Of a DNA stretch of 64,000 bases, positions 29,981 to 41,240 are shown one piece after another. Made by a program: the position numbers and the translations under genes. The notes below the pieces were generated by a model. The model was given only the letters and a program-made list of their open reading frames with translations. It was not told the origin of the DNA and ran no database searches. The stretch's first letter is position 1; every line of letters starts with the position of its first letter. The stretch comes from a virus (Duplodnaviria; Caudoviricetes): IMG/VR virus record IMGVR_UViG_3300028591_000084. One strand, given 5' to 3'.

Positions 29981-31200
29981 TGCGAAGCCTTGTTATTGTG
30001 AAGGGCTTAGTTGAAAAAAAGAAAACAGGATGGGCTAGAAAGGAGAATCTTCAGAATTTTTATCTGAATATTGAATCTGCCAGGAGTTTATTTTATAGAC
30101 CTGAATTTAGAGGGCAAAGGGAATTTCTTACTAAATCCTTTGATGACTTAGTCTATAAAGTCTTTATCAAATCACTCTGTACAAGATTAGCAACGGGATG
30201 TCTTGTTGTTGTGGATATGGGTCAAGAATCTACCACAATTCTTGAAGAACTAGCGGAAGTGTTTGGATATACAGTCTTTTACCATATTGAATCAACTCCA
30301 TCTGATTATCTCTCAAAATACAGAAAATATTGTAACCAGAAATACTCAATCCCTAGGAAAGAGCAGATTATGGATCAAATCAATAAGTTTAATGAGGAGA
30401 TCAAAGATATTCCAAAAATCAAGAAGGTTAATCAATATTCAGACTTAGAGAGATATTGGAAATATGAATTAAAAGAAAGAAGAATTCCTATAGATGGAAG
30501 TGTTTTACATGTATCTGACATTCATTCACACTATAGGATCCTTAATGATGAAGTACCGAGCCCAGAAGATTATAGCCTAACTGTTTTTGTTGGTGATTAT
30601 ATTGATGGTCCAGAAGTTGGAGGAAGTAGAAAAATCATAGATCAGATATTAAGTTACTCGGAAGATGATATTGTTTTTTTAGAGGGTAATCATGAGCTAA
30701 GACTTAGAAAATATCTTGGATACTTACTTTTTAAGTCGAGAGGAAGAAAAGTTGTATCTGAGATCTTACTTGAAGAGATACCAGATGAATTTTTGGAAAC
30801 AACTGCTAAAGAGTTTAAAGATCTCTTACCATTTGAAGCTCATGAAATGCTTGACAAACTTAATAAAATTCTTAAGGATTTTGTTATTTATTCTAGAGGG
30901 GATTGTACTTATATCTGTACCCATAGTGGTCTGAGGTGGCTTGAACAACTAAGCCCGAAGTATATAGGAAGTGTAATCTATTCAAATAAAAATGTAGATC
31001 GAATAGATAAAGCATTCTCAGACTCTTATAAGACTCAAAATATTTTTAGCATCCATGGACACTGTTCTTATCCTTCAGGCCTTGATTTCCTTAAATATGA
31101 TAGAGTAGTAAATATCGATGTTGAAAATGAAAATTGTATAAACTATTTTATAAACGAGAAAAATAATAAGTTTAAATTATGTATCTTAAAGGAAGAGTAA
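29980..31200 (+). CDS. Pnkp-like fusion: degenerate kinase domain + metallophosphoesterase
   Basis: SDIHS, VGDYIDG, LEGNHE, THSG, IHGH; N-terminal LVIVKGL...KKT remnant P-loop. Confidence 0.7.
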   Translation: MRSLVIVKGLVEKKKTGWARKENLQNFYLNIESARSLFYRPEFRGQREFLTKSFDDLVYKVFIKSLCTRLATGCLVVVDMGQESTTILEELAEVFGYTVFYHIESTPSDYLSKYRKYCNQKYSIPRKEQIMDQINKFNEEIKDIPKIKKVNQYSDLERYWKYELKERRIPIDGSVLHVSDIHSHYRILNDEVPSPEDYSLTVFVGDYIDGPEVGGSRKIIDQILSYSEDDIVFLEGNHELRLRKYLGYLLFKSRGRKVVSEILLEEIPDEFLETTAKEFKDLLPFEAHEMLDKLNKILKDFVIYSRGDCTYICTHSGLRWLEQLSPKYIGSVIYSNKNVDRIDKAFSDSYKTQNIFSIHGHCSYPSGLDFLKYDRVVNIDVENENCINYFINEKNNKFKLCILKEE

Positions 31201-31757
31201 AAGTAACTATTGATAAAGAGAACATAAATTCTTTTGTTGAGAATATTAAGAACTTTATAGGTTCAACAATTACTCTGGAGTTTGATTGGCAAGGTGCTGA
31301 ACCCATCGAATTTAATAAGGATGATGATGGGGAGAGAAAGAATACTACACAAATTTTCAATAGACTGGAAGATGGAGAGATATCACCAGCCATTGATGAG
31401 GACGTTAGAGCTATTTATCAGTGGGTCAAGGAGTGTCAGCCACAGACTATTATAAACTTTGATTCTTATCGTGCATACAGTATTCTCTCCTCTACTCTAA
31501 CCTTGAAAAAATCCAGAAATTCAATGTGGGGATTTCATCTAGGTGTTTGGAAGAGATATTTTAGCAATATTAGCACGGTCTACTTCGATGCTGAGACTGT
31601 TGAAGCAATTAGCAGCCTTCTAGATCAGTATAAAGATGGTTCAGAAAAATTTATGGCATTTCTTACTGGCTTAAAGAATGCTTGGCCTAAAATCAAACCA
31701 GATCATGACATACTCAAAGTAGTTGAGTTAGTTTTTAAAACAACAATTGCACCGTGA
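31179..31757 (+). CDS. hypothetical protein
   Basis: ORF in operon. Confidence 0.7.
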   Translation: MYLKGRVKVTIDKENINSFVENIKNFIGSTITLEFDWQGAEPIEFNKDDDGERKNTTQIFNRLEDGEISPAIDEDVRAIYQWVKECQPQTIINFDSYRAYSILSSTLTLKKSRNSMWGFHLGVWKRYFSNISTVYFDAETVEAISSLLDQYKDGSEKFMAFLTGLKNAWPKIKPDHDILKVVELVFKTTIAP

Positions 31758-32080
31758 TAGGACTAGAAGATAGGATTAGATTTGCTAATGCCAAACTCAG
31801 AAATATAATTTATTACAGGCTAACAGTAGAAGAGGCTTGCGAGAAGTCTAGAGATCCTTATCTGAGTAGATATCGAGCAACTTATATGCATGTCTTAAGA
31901 TTATATCGAAAAATCTTAGTGGAACTTGTCAATGATATACCCCAAGAAGATCCAAGAAAGAATTGGTTTCAGGGAATTATTGACTTGATTTCCCCTAAAG
32001 TTAGAACCGATGAATGTAAAGATACCATAAAGAGGCTTAGAGATTATCTTAATAGTTATGTCCAAGAGCAAGAAAAGTAA
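31754..32080 (+). CDS. hypothetical protein
   Basis: ORF with 4-nt overlap. Confidence 0.65.
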   Translation: MIGLEDRIRFANAKLRNIIYYRLTVEEACEKSRDPYLSRYRATYMHVLRLYRKILVELVNDIPQEDPRKNWFQGIIDLISPKVRTDECKDTIKRLRDYLNSYVQEQEK

Positions 32081-32504
32081 AGAGAGACGATTAGAGAGAC
32101 ATAATAAGAATATCCAGAAAGAAAAAGAGCATAAGATAAGTGCGTGGAATAATGGTAAGTTGATAGAAGAGAATAGAAATCAAGGACCATATTCACCAAC
32201 CTATACTCGGGCTCTTACGGATAGATTATGTTTATATCTAAACGAAGAAAAAGAAAAGGCTAATCAGGTTGAGAGAGGGACTATTAAAATCCTAAACAAA
32301 ACAACAGGGCTTCCACTCTCACCTGATGAGGTCTTTATTAGAGGATTTAGAAAATATAAAGAAAAAATTATTGATCTAATTATCTACTGGTCTCCTGAGG
32401 TTCCACAAGATCTTTCTTATCAGTCACTAAAATTTCTGATGGAAGTCTATTGGGATGAGGTTATTGAAAAGAAAAATCCAGGAGCACTTAGAAAAGCCTT
32501 ATGA
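32058..32504 (+). CDS. hypothetical protein
   Basis: ORF in operon. Confidence 0.65.
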   Translation: MSKSKKSKERRLERHNKNIQKEKEHKISAWNNGKLIEENRNQGPYSPTYTRALTDRLCLYLNEEKEKANQVERGTIKILNKTTGLPLSPDEVFIRGFRKYKEKIIDLIIYWSPEVPQDLSYQSLKFLMEVYWDEVIEKKNPGALRKAL

Positions 32505-32956
32505 TTAATACTGACATCATAATAAAGATTGAAAGACAGAGAGGCCACAAATATGATTGGCCAGAACAAACCAGAGAAATGATTAAGAGATTGAATGAAC
32601 TGAAACTGGGATTTCCAGGACTAGGTAATGATCACTTATCACTAGTACCCTTTGAACAAATAAAACAAGGGGACTGGTTTATCTGGGATGAGTATATTGA
32701 GTCTAAAAAAAGAGGTGATTCTGCCCCTATGATGCTTAATTGGATTGAGCCAGGGAAAGCAAGAATTGAAGGTATTGGTTGTGGGCTTGACTTGAAACGA
32801 GACCCAGATAGAATTAGATATAGGTGGATGGATATAATTGATCTCCCTGAGTTAAAGGAGGGTCAGTTAGTGGTAAGGGTAGATGTCAGGCCTACATTAA
32901 ATGGTGGACCTGGATATTACTACTTTTATAAGTCATATAGAGACTTTAGATATTGA
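32501..32956 (+). CDS. hypothetical protein
   Basis: ATGA overlap; terminator follows. Confidence 0.7.
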   Translation: MINTDIIIKIERQRGHKYDWPEQTREMIKRLNELKLGFPGLGNDHLSLVPFEQIKQGDWFIWDEYIESKKRGDSAPMMLNWIEPGKARIEGIGCGLDLKRDPDRIRYRWMDIIDLPELKEGQLVVRVDVRPTLNGGPGYYYFYKSYRDFRY

Positions 32957-32993
32957 GAGGACTTAGTTCCTCTTTTTTCATTTTCTTATTATT

Positions 32994-33383
32994 ATGAAGA
33001 TTGGTTTTAAGTTTGGATGGCTCAAAGACTTCTTTACTTACCTAGGATCCTTCCCTAATATCTTCAGCGAGAATAGTACTAAACTTCTCGCCCTTCTTAT
33101 TTCTGCTTTAGCTGGGGGATTTGTCATGTCTATTGTTATCCCCTTTACTTTGATTTGGGACGTAGTTACTAATGGCTATATCAAAACTAATCTAGTCGAT
33201 TATGGTATCTTTCTTGTTTCCCTTGGTGCCGTTATGGTGGGGGCATCATATAATGTCAAGGTTCCAGGTAAATTAGGAAAAGATATGGAGGACACAATGG
33301 GAAATAGGGTTAGAGAAAGAGGAAGAGGTGATAAAGGTAGAAGAAGAGCTGAAGAGTATGAGGAGGAAGAACTAGTAGGTTAA
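32994..33383 (+). CDS. membrane protein with two TM segments (holin-like topology)
   Basis: Two hydrophobic stretches and a highly charged C-terminal tail. Confidence 0.55.
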   Translation: MKIGFKFGWLKDFFTYLGSFPNIFSENSTKLLALLISALAGGFVMSIVIPFTLIWDVVTNGYIKTNLVDYGIFLVSLGAVMVGASYNVKVPGKLGKDMEDTMGNRVRERGRGDKGRRRAEEYEEEELVG

Positions 33384-33433
33384 TAAAATGAAGATTTTTC
33401 GCCTCAAGCAGTAGTAGTAGCCTTATCCTTAGT

Positions 33434-34024
33434 ATGAAGATAAGAATTTATTATGGACTTAGTGGGAGCATGAAAGGTGCTACTATTGAAAAATTAAAAG
33501 AGCCAAGCACTAAGATTATCTACTCCTTAAATAAGACGTGGAAATCTTATCAGTTTGGACTTTTTGAAGGACGTACAGAATATAACGACTTGAATTATGG
33601 AATCCTACACATGATTCAACTTAGGTTAGCGATGGAAGAAAGAAATTGGACAAACCTTATTGTTGAAAGAGGAATATCAGACTTTGCTTTCTATCATTAT
33701 TACAACAATCTGAAACAAGATCCTGAAATTGATTTTGTTACGTCCTTGGTAAGTGCAGAGCGTAATTTATTACTGCCAGACTTTCTAGGAGAAGCTGAGA
33801 AAATACTTCTAATTCAGAAAGATCAAAATTTCGTTAAGGATATTGTCCTTAAAGATGAATATAGAAAAAGAACGTTTAATGATAATCCCGATCTTTACTT
33901 TGAACTCCAAGAAAAGTATGTGGAGTTTACAAAAAAGTTTAATGATATAAGTGAGATCATTGAGATTACTAATGCCAAGGATTATATAATAAACGTCCTT
34001 GGTACAAGTTGGAATGAGGTTTAG
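33434..34024 (+). CDS. deoxynucleoside/nucleotide kinase-like P-loop protein
   Basis: YYGLSGSMKGAT P-loop-like motif, LIVERGISD; directly upstream of nrdD. Confidence 0.55.
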   Translation: MKIRIYYGLSGSMKGATIEKLKEPSTKIIYSLNKTWKSYQFGLFEGRTEYNDLNYGILHMIQLRLAMEERNWTNLIVERGISDFAFYHYYNNLKQDPEIDFVTSLVSAERNLLLPDFLGEAEKILLIQKDQNFVKDIVLKDEYRKRTFNDNPDLYFELQEKYVEFTKKFNDISEIIEITNAKDYIINVLGTSWNEV

Positions 34025-34053
34025 TAAATAAACAAATAAAATCAAATCTTTAT

Positions 34054-37000
34054 ATGAAAGTAATAAAACGAAACGGTGAACTAGAAAAGTTCAGTATCAG
34101 AAAAATGACTACGGCCGTTGCTAAGGCTTATAAGGCCTGTAAAACGACATTCACTAGGGAAACTCAGAAGGAGCTGAAGATAGAATTCTCTGAGGCAGTT
34201 GAGGGAGTTGAAATTATCAGTGTTGATGAGATCCATGATTTTGTAGAGAACTTTCTCATGAAGAATAATCCCGATGTGGCAAAAGCGTATATCATTCATA
34301 GAGATGATCATACGAGAATAAAAGAATTCGTTAAAGGGAAAATTGATTTTATAAATAAATATAAGAAAACAAAAAATACCGCTGATGCAACTGTTGATGA
34401 TAACAGTAATGTTGGCGGGAAAAACATTGGAATACTTAATGCAGAAATTCACAAAGAAGACAATATAAATGTCTCTAGAGGAATGATAATGCAAAAGTTA
34501 AAAGAGCTTTATCCAGATTTCGATTCAAAGCAATATGTAACTGACCTGGAGTCTAAAATAATCTATAAGCATGATGAAAGCTCGTTTAGTGGTGCTATCG
34601 CTCCTTATACTTATTCAGCAAAAGAGGTAATAACGGTAAAATATAATGAACATATTCTACTATTACCATTCGATGCATTGTGGGACATGGTAGAAGAAGA
34701 GGAAGTTCTTGTAGATAATAAAAATACCGTGTATCAAAAATATCCTGAGAATCTTTATGTATTAGATAAGAACGGATGGACAAATGTAACTCACATTACT
34801 AAAAAATTAAGACATAGAGAGCTTGTAAGAGTTAAAACTTCTTTTGGAGAAGATATTATTGTAACAGATAATCATCCAATGATTATTAGTGAAAATATCG
34901 GCGAAACCGTACCTGCTCAAGATTCCTTAGGAGAAAAACAGTATAAGCTTGGAGACAAAGGAATGTTTGGGGTGTCCAAAAGCACGGTAGTAGACATGTC
35001 ACAATGTAATATTACATCTGAATGTACTGATACTTATTGTTTTAATCAGAATGAACACACAAATTGTTGGTGCAAACGTACAGTTGAGCTTAATTGGGAC
35101 TTAGGGTATTTTGTAGGATTTTTTATAGGAGACGGTAATTATGATAATACCGATGGTCATATACACTTTACTCAAAATGATAGACAAATTCTGCTAAATT
35201 TAAATTCTATAATATTTAAATCGTTAGGAATTGGTGGTAGACTTTATACAAAAAAAGATATTGCAAACTGTTATACGTTAGATATTACTAGTAATTATTT
35301 AAATTGGTTACTAAAAGATTATTTCAAAATCCAGGACAAGGCGTATAATAAAACATTACCATTCAACATCTATGAAACTAATGAAGAATTCGCGAAAGGT
35401 ATACTATGTGGTTTAATAGATTCGGATGGAACAGTTAATGGGTCCCAATTAAGCATTCGACTATCTTCTAGAAGCGCCATACTTCAATGTACCCATTTAT
35501 TGAGACATTTTGGCTATGGCGTCGGAAATACCAAACAATCTTTACCATTTAACTGCAACAAAAAATATAAAATAAATTATTCTTTGTGGGGGGTTAATTG
35601 TTCAGTCAGAAAAGATTCCATTAATCTCGGAAATTCCTATAAATTACAAAATGTACAAACATCAGATTCTTCATTAAAATATAAAATAGATGGAATAACT
35701 AAGATTATTAATGTAGAAAAATTATCAGAAGAAGACAGTTTTGTAAAAAATAATGAATTTATATATGATATAACTACTTCTTCGCACACTTTTGCTTTAA
35801 ATAATATACTTGTGCATAATTGCTGCAGTATTACAATGTATCCATTCTTAACAGATGGAATAAAAAAAGTAGGTGGGCTGTCTGCAAAACCGAAGAACCT
35901 TGATTCTTTTTGCGGGATGTATGTAAATCTGATTTTTGCTACAAGTGCCCAATTCGCAGGCGCCGTGGCCACGTCAGAGCTGCTTCTTTACTTCGATTTC
36001 TTCTCAAGAAAAGAGTGGGGTGAAGATTATTATAAAAAGGCAGACGTAGAAATAACTAATGATCATAGTCTGAGACCTATGACTATTAGAAAAAAGATTC
36101 ATCAGCATTTTCAGCAGATCATATACTCCATCAATCAACCTGCTGCAGCACGAGGACTTCAGAGTGCATTTGTAAATTTTAGCTACTTTGATAAACCATT
36201 CTTCGAAGGAATGTTCGGAGATTTCTACTTTCCAGATGGAACAAAGCCGGTATGGGAAAGTTTCTGCTGGTTACAGAAAGATTTTATGATGTGGTTTAAT
36301 GAAGAGAGAACTAAATGTATGCTCACTTTCCCGGTTGAATCTTTTGCCTTAGTTTACAAAGATGGAGAATTTTTGGATAAAGATAGTGCAGATTTCGTAT
36401 CAGAAGAGTATTCCAGAGGTCACTCATTCTTTACATATATTAGCGACACTGTAGATAGTCTATCTTCTTGTTGTTTTACAAAGGATACTAAGGTACTTTG
36501 GAAATCTTCTACCTTGGGAGTACAGCTATCTACATTTGAAGAGATGTATAAGGAGCCAAGTGAGAAGAGCCTTAGGATCTTTCATAATGGTAGTTGGGTA
36601 TCTGGAAAGCCTATAAAGTTAAAGAATAGGAAAATGTACAAGGTCACCACTGCTAATCGTAAGGAATTTTATATGACTGATAATCATATAAACGTAACTT
36701 ATGATGGAGAGAAAACAACTTCGGAACTTACTACAGATGATTTTTTGATGTTTAACACAGCCCCCTTGCAAGCGGTACCTGAACAGGATGAAAAACTATC
36801 ATACGCCCAGGGATTTGCTGTAGGAGCTTTCTTAAGGGACGGAAGTTTTGGACCTAAGAATGAAAGTGCGCTAGTTGACTTTATTCAGAAATGGACTCTT
36901 TGGTCAGAAGAAGCTTGTGTATCATTAAATCTAGATTGTCTACTGCAATCTTATGAATTTAGAAAGGGAATACTAGATGGATATAGTGCAGGTGAAGATA

Positions 37001-38515
37001 AGTGTTATACTACTTCCGAAAGTCTAAAGAATTGTATGGAGGTTTTAATCACTTCCCTGGGAATTAATACCACTATAGATGAGACGTCTGATAGAGAAGG
37101 ACAAGGATGGTGTATTAATCTGTGTAATGAAAGAGCCGTGGAAGGAGTCTCTCGGTGGAAGAACAATAGCCAATATTTTAAGGTAATTGACATCGAGGAG
37201 GTTGAATACCAAGATGAAGTTTATTGTGTTGAGCGTGACAATTCTAGTGATCCATATTTCACTCTTCCTTCTGGATTAATCACACATAATTGTAGATTGA
37301 AAAATAAAGTACAGACTAAAGAGTTCAATTTCACAAATGGTAATATGGGAGTACAAACAGGAAGTAAGTCTGTTATTACTCTGAATTTAAGCAGAATTGT
37401 TCAGGATTGGGCAAAAAATTTTGAGGATCTTCCTAAACAGTTAGATGGTTCATTCAGTGATTATCTTAATGAAATCCTTGAGAGAGTCTATAAGTATCAT
37501 ATTGCCTACAACGAACTTCTTTGGGATATGTATGATTCTGGACTGTTACCTGTATATAAAGCTGGATTTATAAACCTAGATAAGCAATATTTAACTATTG
37601 GTATTAACGGTCTTAATCAAGCAGCAGAGTTTCTCGGTCTTCAGTGTAATGATAATGAAGATTATAAGCGCTTTTGTCAGTTTATATTTGGTACAATAAA
37701 AGATGCTAATACAAATAAGAACGGAAAGTATTTTGGTCATACAGTTACACTTAATACCGAATGTGTTCCCGCTGAATCTTTAGCTATTAAGAACTACAAC
37801 TGGGATAAAGAAGATGGATTAGAACCAATGTCCATCTAAAACCTCACTTAATTGACTCGAAACTCCCTATGGCTATGGCTATGGGACAACGAGGGGCAAG
37901 CAATAACAATAATGTTATGTGCAGCCTGAGAGACTAAATAGAGAGGGCTTCTGTTGTGAAATAGAAGTATGCAATAGTCCGAACTCTATGGTAATATAGA
38001 GAGTATGATAGAAATATTATACCGCTTACTAATAAAATTAATTAACCTTATTAGTAAGTCTTCTCCCTGTACAACGGGGGAGAGCGTAACAGAATGATTG
38101 GGTTCCAGAAGATACTAATCTTTATGCATCTTATATTTATAAACCAAATGATAAGTCCCTGTCTATTCTTGAAAAGTTAACACTTCACGGAAAAGACTAT
38201 ATTGGGGAGTATCTTGATGGCGGAAGTGCAGCTCATATTAATATCGATCATCACTTTAGCAAGGAACAGTATAACAAGCTACTCCATTTTATTGCTGAAG
38301 TTGGTTGTCAGTATTTCACATTTAATTGTGTGAATTCTGAGTGTGAAGACTGTGGGTATATTAGTAAAGAGCCATTTGATGTTTGCCCGAAGTGTGGTAG
38401 CCATAATATTAATTATTATGATAGAATTATCGGCTATTTGACAAAGATTAAAAACTGGTCAAGCGGGCGACAGATTGAACAAAAGACTCGTGTTTATAGT
38501 AACGATATAGAATAA
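34054..38515 (+). CDS. nrdD: anaerobic ribonucleoside-triphosphate reductase, spliced (exons 34054-37819 and 38097-38515) with two inteins; about 717 aa mature
   Basis: ATP cone MKVIKRNG; IYKHDE; APY-CCSI and SSC-CRLKN after intein removal; ECVPAE; CxxC...CxxC; RIIGYL glycyl-radical motif in exon 2. Confidence 0.95.
34609..35820 (+). mobile_element. Intein 1 in NrdD with LAGLIDADG endonuclease (404 aa), N-terminal residue Thr
   Basis: TYSAKEVI start, VTDNHP block B, LGYFVGFFIGDG and ILCGLIDSDG, IYDI...LVHN/C end. Confidence 0.9.
36472..37290 (+). mobile_element. Intein 2 in NrdD (273 aa) with eroded LAGLIDADG domain
   Basis: CFTKDTKV start, MTDNH block B, VYCVE...ITHN/C end; GAFLRDG and GILDGYSAGE remnants. 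Confidence 0.92.
37820..38096 (+). mobile_element. Group I intron without ORF in nrdD (277 nt)
   Basis: P1 AGAUGGAU/GUCCAUCU with U-G wobble; P10 CCAAU/AUUGG; P7 GACUA/UAGUC; terminal G38096; splicing restores DG-Y-WVPED. Confidence 0.95.
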
Positions 38516-38521
38516 TCCAGT

Positions 38522-38773
38522 ATGAAAATATTAAAATTTTATGCCGAATGGTGTGGGCCTTGTAAACAATTAACAAAAACTATTGAAGAGTTTAAGGATC
38601 TACATCCAGAGGTTGAGTTTGAATCTATTAATGCAGAGGATAGTGAGGATCTTGTTGAAAAATATGGGATACGAAATGTTCCTGTATTAATAAAGCTCGT
38701 CGATGGTGTTGAGGTTTCAAGATTCCACGGTATTCTGTGTTTAGCAGATTTAGAAAAGTTTGTTCTAGAGTAA
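38522..38773 (+). CDS. trxA: thioredoxin
   Basis: KFYAEWCGPCK and YGIRNVP. Confidence 0.9.
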   Translation: MKILKFYAEWCGPCKQLTKTIEEFKDLHPEVEFESINAEDSEDLVEKYGIRNVPVLIKLVDGVEVSRFHGILCLADLEKFVLE

Positions 38774-38775
38774 CA

Positions 38776-39237
38776 ATGAAATATACAGAAACAGAGGTAG
38801 TATTTAAAGAGGTACCTGACGAAATAGCACTAGCTATTAATATTTCAGGGTGTCCAATCCACTGTCCAGGATGTCATAGTAAATATCTCTGGGAAGACGT
38901 TGGGGAGGAATTAACAGAATCGGTTTTGGAAAAACTGATAAAAAAGAACCATGGAATCTCCTGTATATCTTTTATGGGAGGTGATGCCACACCCCAGGAA
39001 ATAAATAAACTAGCAAGGTATGTAAAGTCTAAGTTTCCTAATATAAAAGTGGCCTGGTATAGTGGACGGGAGAAGATTTCGGAAGAGATCGATCTCAAGA
39101 ACTTTGATTTTATTAAGATAGGACCTTATCTAGATGATGGAGGACTTATTAATAAAAATACCAATCAAATCTTTTATCAAGTTTTAGATTCAGGTAATAC
39201 TCTTGTGGATATTACTGATAAGTTCTATACGGAATAA
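38776..39237 (+). CDS. nrdG: anaerobic RNR activating enzyme (radical SAM)
   Basis: EVPDEIAL..SGCPIHCPGCHS, FMGGD, KIGPY. Confidence 0.93.
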   Translation: MKYTETEVVFKEVPDEIALAINISGCPIHCPGCHSKYLWEDVGEELTESVLEKLIKKNHGISCISFMGGDATPQEINKLARYVKSKFPNIKVAWYSGREKISEEIDLKNFDFIKIGPYLDDGGLINKNTNQIFYQVLDSGNTLVDITDKFYTE

Positions 39238-39289
39238 AACTTAACGGGCAGGCGATTGCAATTTTAGTGATCCCTGCCCTCTATTTAAA

Positions 39290-39691
39290 TTGATTATGAA
39301 AAATAATAGAGACCAAAGTGAGATGACTGATCAGTTGTTGAAATTTAGAAAGACATCAATAGGAAAGTATGTTGTTTACATAGTTTTTCCAACTAATCAG
39401 AAAGATGATAGTGTTAGTTCAGTTTGTATAGCTTGGCCAAAAATTAAATTTGATAAGGAGGCCACTGATTTTTTCATTAGAAGTATGCTTGAGAACTATA
39501 GCTTTTCTGGCGTCATTAATATCAACCAAAGTCATGAAATTTGGGATAAGATTCTGCATAATAGATCTTCCCACCCGACCTATTATCGATTTAAATCAAA
39601 GTCAGGAGATTCAGAGCAAGTGATTGTTGAAGCCTGTATTATTAAATCTTTGGATGAGGCAAATACTAACTTCGTCACTGAACAGCTCTAA
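39290..39691 (+). CDS. hypothetical protein
   Basis: 133 aa ORF. Confidence 0.6.
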   Translation: MIMKNNRDQSEMTDQLLKFRKTSIGKYVVYIVFPTNQKDDSVSSVCIAWPKIKFDKEATDFFIRSMLENYSFSGVININQSHEIWDKILHNRSSHPTYYRFKSKSGDSEQVIVEACIIKSLDEANTNFVTEQL

Positions 39692-39708
39692 TCCTTACTT
39701 TTGATATT

Positions 39709-40101
39709 ATGGTATATTATGTAATTGAACTTGATGGATTGAAATGTACGATTAAAGATCGTAGTAGACCATCTTTAGTTATAGGAAAATCATTTAGAAA
39801 AAGTTTTTTGGTTATCTTAAGTAAGAACCGTCTACCATGCGAACCACTAGGTCTTGTAGAGAAGTGTTTATCAGTTTCTCCTGATTATTTATTGGAGGCA
39901 TGGAGGCATCGCATTCGTTTTCAACGAGTTAATTGCTGGACATTAGAGGAAGATTATGTTTCAGATAAACTTTGGTTTTTTATATCTCCAATTATTCTTA
40001 ATAAATTAGATAAACGAAAATTAACCTTTAAGGTGCTCTATAATTACGTTAGAGAGAAAAAGATATTAGTAGGTTTTTCTACTACAATTGCTGTTCTGTA
40101 A
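39709..40101 (+). CDS. hypothetical protein, paralogue family (1 of 5)
   Basis: LVILS...LDKRKLTF..L shared motif. Confidence 0.7.
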   Translation: MVYYVIELDGLKCTIKDRSRPSLVIGKSFRKSFLVILSKNRLPCEPLGLVEKCLSVSPDYLLEAWRHRIRFQRVNCWTLEEDYVSDKLWFFISPIILNKLDKRKLTFKVLYNYVREKKILVGFSTTIAVL

Positions 40102-40463
40102 TGTTTTTTACCTTAGTAAACATTATTGATTCAGATATTGAAGAAAGGACTGTACGCCCTGGTCGTTATTATTGGAAGTTAGTAGTATTAAGTCAAAGAA
40201 GTATACCAGAAAATTGCAAGGCACTAGTTCATATGTGCCTTGATGGTAGTATTCCCAGCCGTCATCTATATCGGCGTGGTATTATGGAAGTTTTCTCTGA
40301 AGATCTGTTTTCTTATGAGAGTCTTCCTGTGATTAACGGGGCAGTAAGGCCGTTCTTAGATCCTAGGAAACTAACATTTAGGCTTCTTTGGAAATTTATA
40401 ATAAATCAACCTAATAAATATTTCAGAAGTCAGAAGCACTTTGTCTTCATCACATGTATCTAA
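40101..40463 (+). CDS. hypothetical protein, paralogue family (2 of 5)
   Basis: LVVLSQ...LDPRKLTFRLLW. Confidence 0.7.
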   Translation: MFFTLVNIIDSDIEERTVRPGRYYWKLVVLSQRSIPENCKALVHMCLDGSIPSRHLYRRGIMEVFSEDLFSYESLPVINGAVRPFLDPRKLTFRLLWKFIINQPNKYFRSQKHFVFITCI

Positions 40464-40849
40464 GTTTAATAGGATTATATGGGATTAAGTATGAAGAAGG
40501 TTTTATAGTGGAGTCTGCACCGCCCACGCAGATTTTAGTTATTTTTAGTCGGAAACCAGTACCTCAGGACCCTTTGCACGTAATTGAAAAAGCATTGAAA
40601 ATAGGAGGGCCAGTTTATCGCCTAAAATTAAAAAGCTTTAGAAGACGGGTAAGATGTATGAGGCTTAATGATCAAATTTTCGGAGATGAGGCTACGACTG
40701 ATAGTTCTGGTTTGTATTGGAGATGCTTTCTTTATAATTTAAGATCTAAAGTCGATCTTCAAAAAATGACCTATGATTTTCTCTGGGGATGGATTAAGAA
40801 GCGTGGCGGTCTTTTATATGGCCGTTATTCTATTTATGTTAGTCTCTGA
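40454..40849 (+). CDS. hypothetical protein, paralogue family (3 of 5)
   Basis: LVIFSR...VDLQKMTYDFLW. Confidence 0.7.
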   Translation: MYLSLIGLYGIKYEEGFIVESAPPTQILVIFSRKPVPQDPLHVIEKALKIGGPVYRLKLKSFRRRVRCMRLNDQIFGDEATTDSSGLYWRCFLYNLRSKVDLQKMTYDFLWGWIKKRGGLLYGRYSIYVSL

Positions 40850-41239
40850 ATGTTTTTAACTAAATTGAGCCTTTTTGGATTTAGTATTGAGTCAAATAAT
40901 CTCACTTTAAGTAATTATCGCGGTGTAGAATTAGTCATTCTCAGTCAGGAGTCTTTAGGAGATCGTATAACAACTCTTGATGAACTTTTTGACGTAACAC
41001 CAGCGGGCTATTTTAGAGATAATATAGAAAAATCAAAAATTTGGTTTTATAATAAATATGTTGAAGATACAGACTTCATATATTCTTCCTTAGGCCCACT
41101 AAGATGGGAAGCTATATTCGGCAATTTGGTTTCTTGCCTTGATAAAAGAAAGTTAACATATAGAAGTCTCTGGAGATGGATAAACAGGAAGCCAAACAAC
41201 AGGTTTTTCACGAGTATATATATTTTCCTTAGTATATAA
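40850..41239 (+). CDS. hypothetical protein, paralogue family (4 of 5)
   Basis: LVILSQ...LDKRKLTYRSLW. Confidence 0.7.
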   Translation: MFLTKLSLFGFSIESNNLTLSNYRGVELVILSQESLGDRITTLDELFDVTPAGYFRDNIEKSKIWFYNKYVEDTDFIYSSLGPLRWEAIFGNLVSCLDKRKLTYRSLWRWINRKPNNRFFTSIYIFLSI

Positions 41240-41240
41240 T

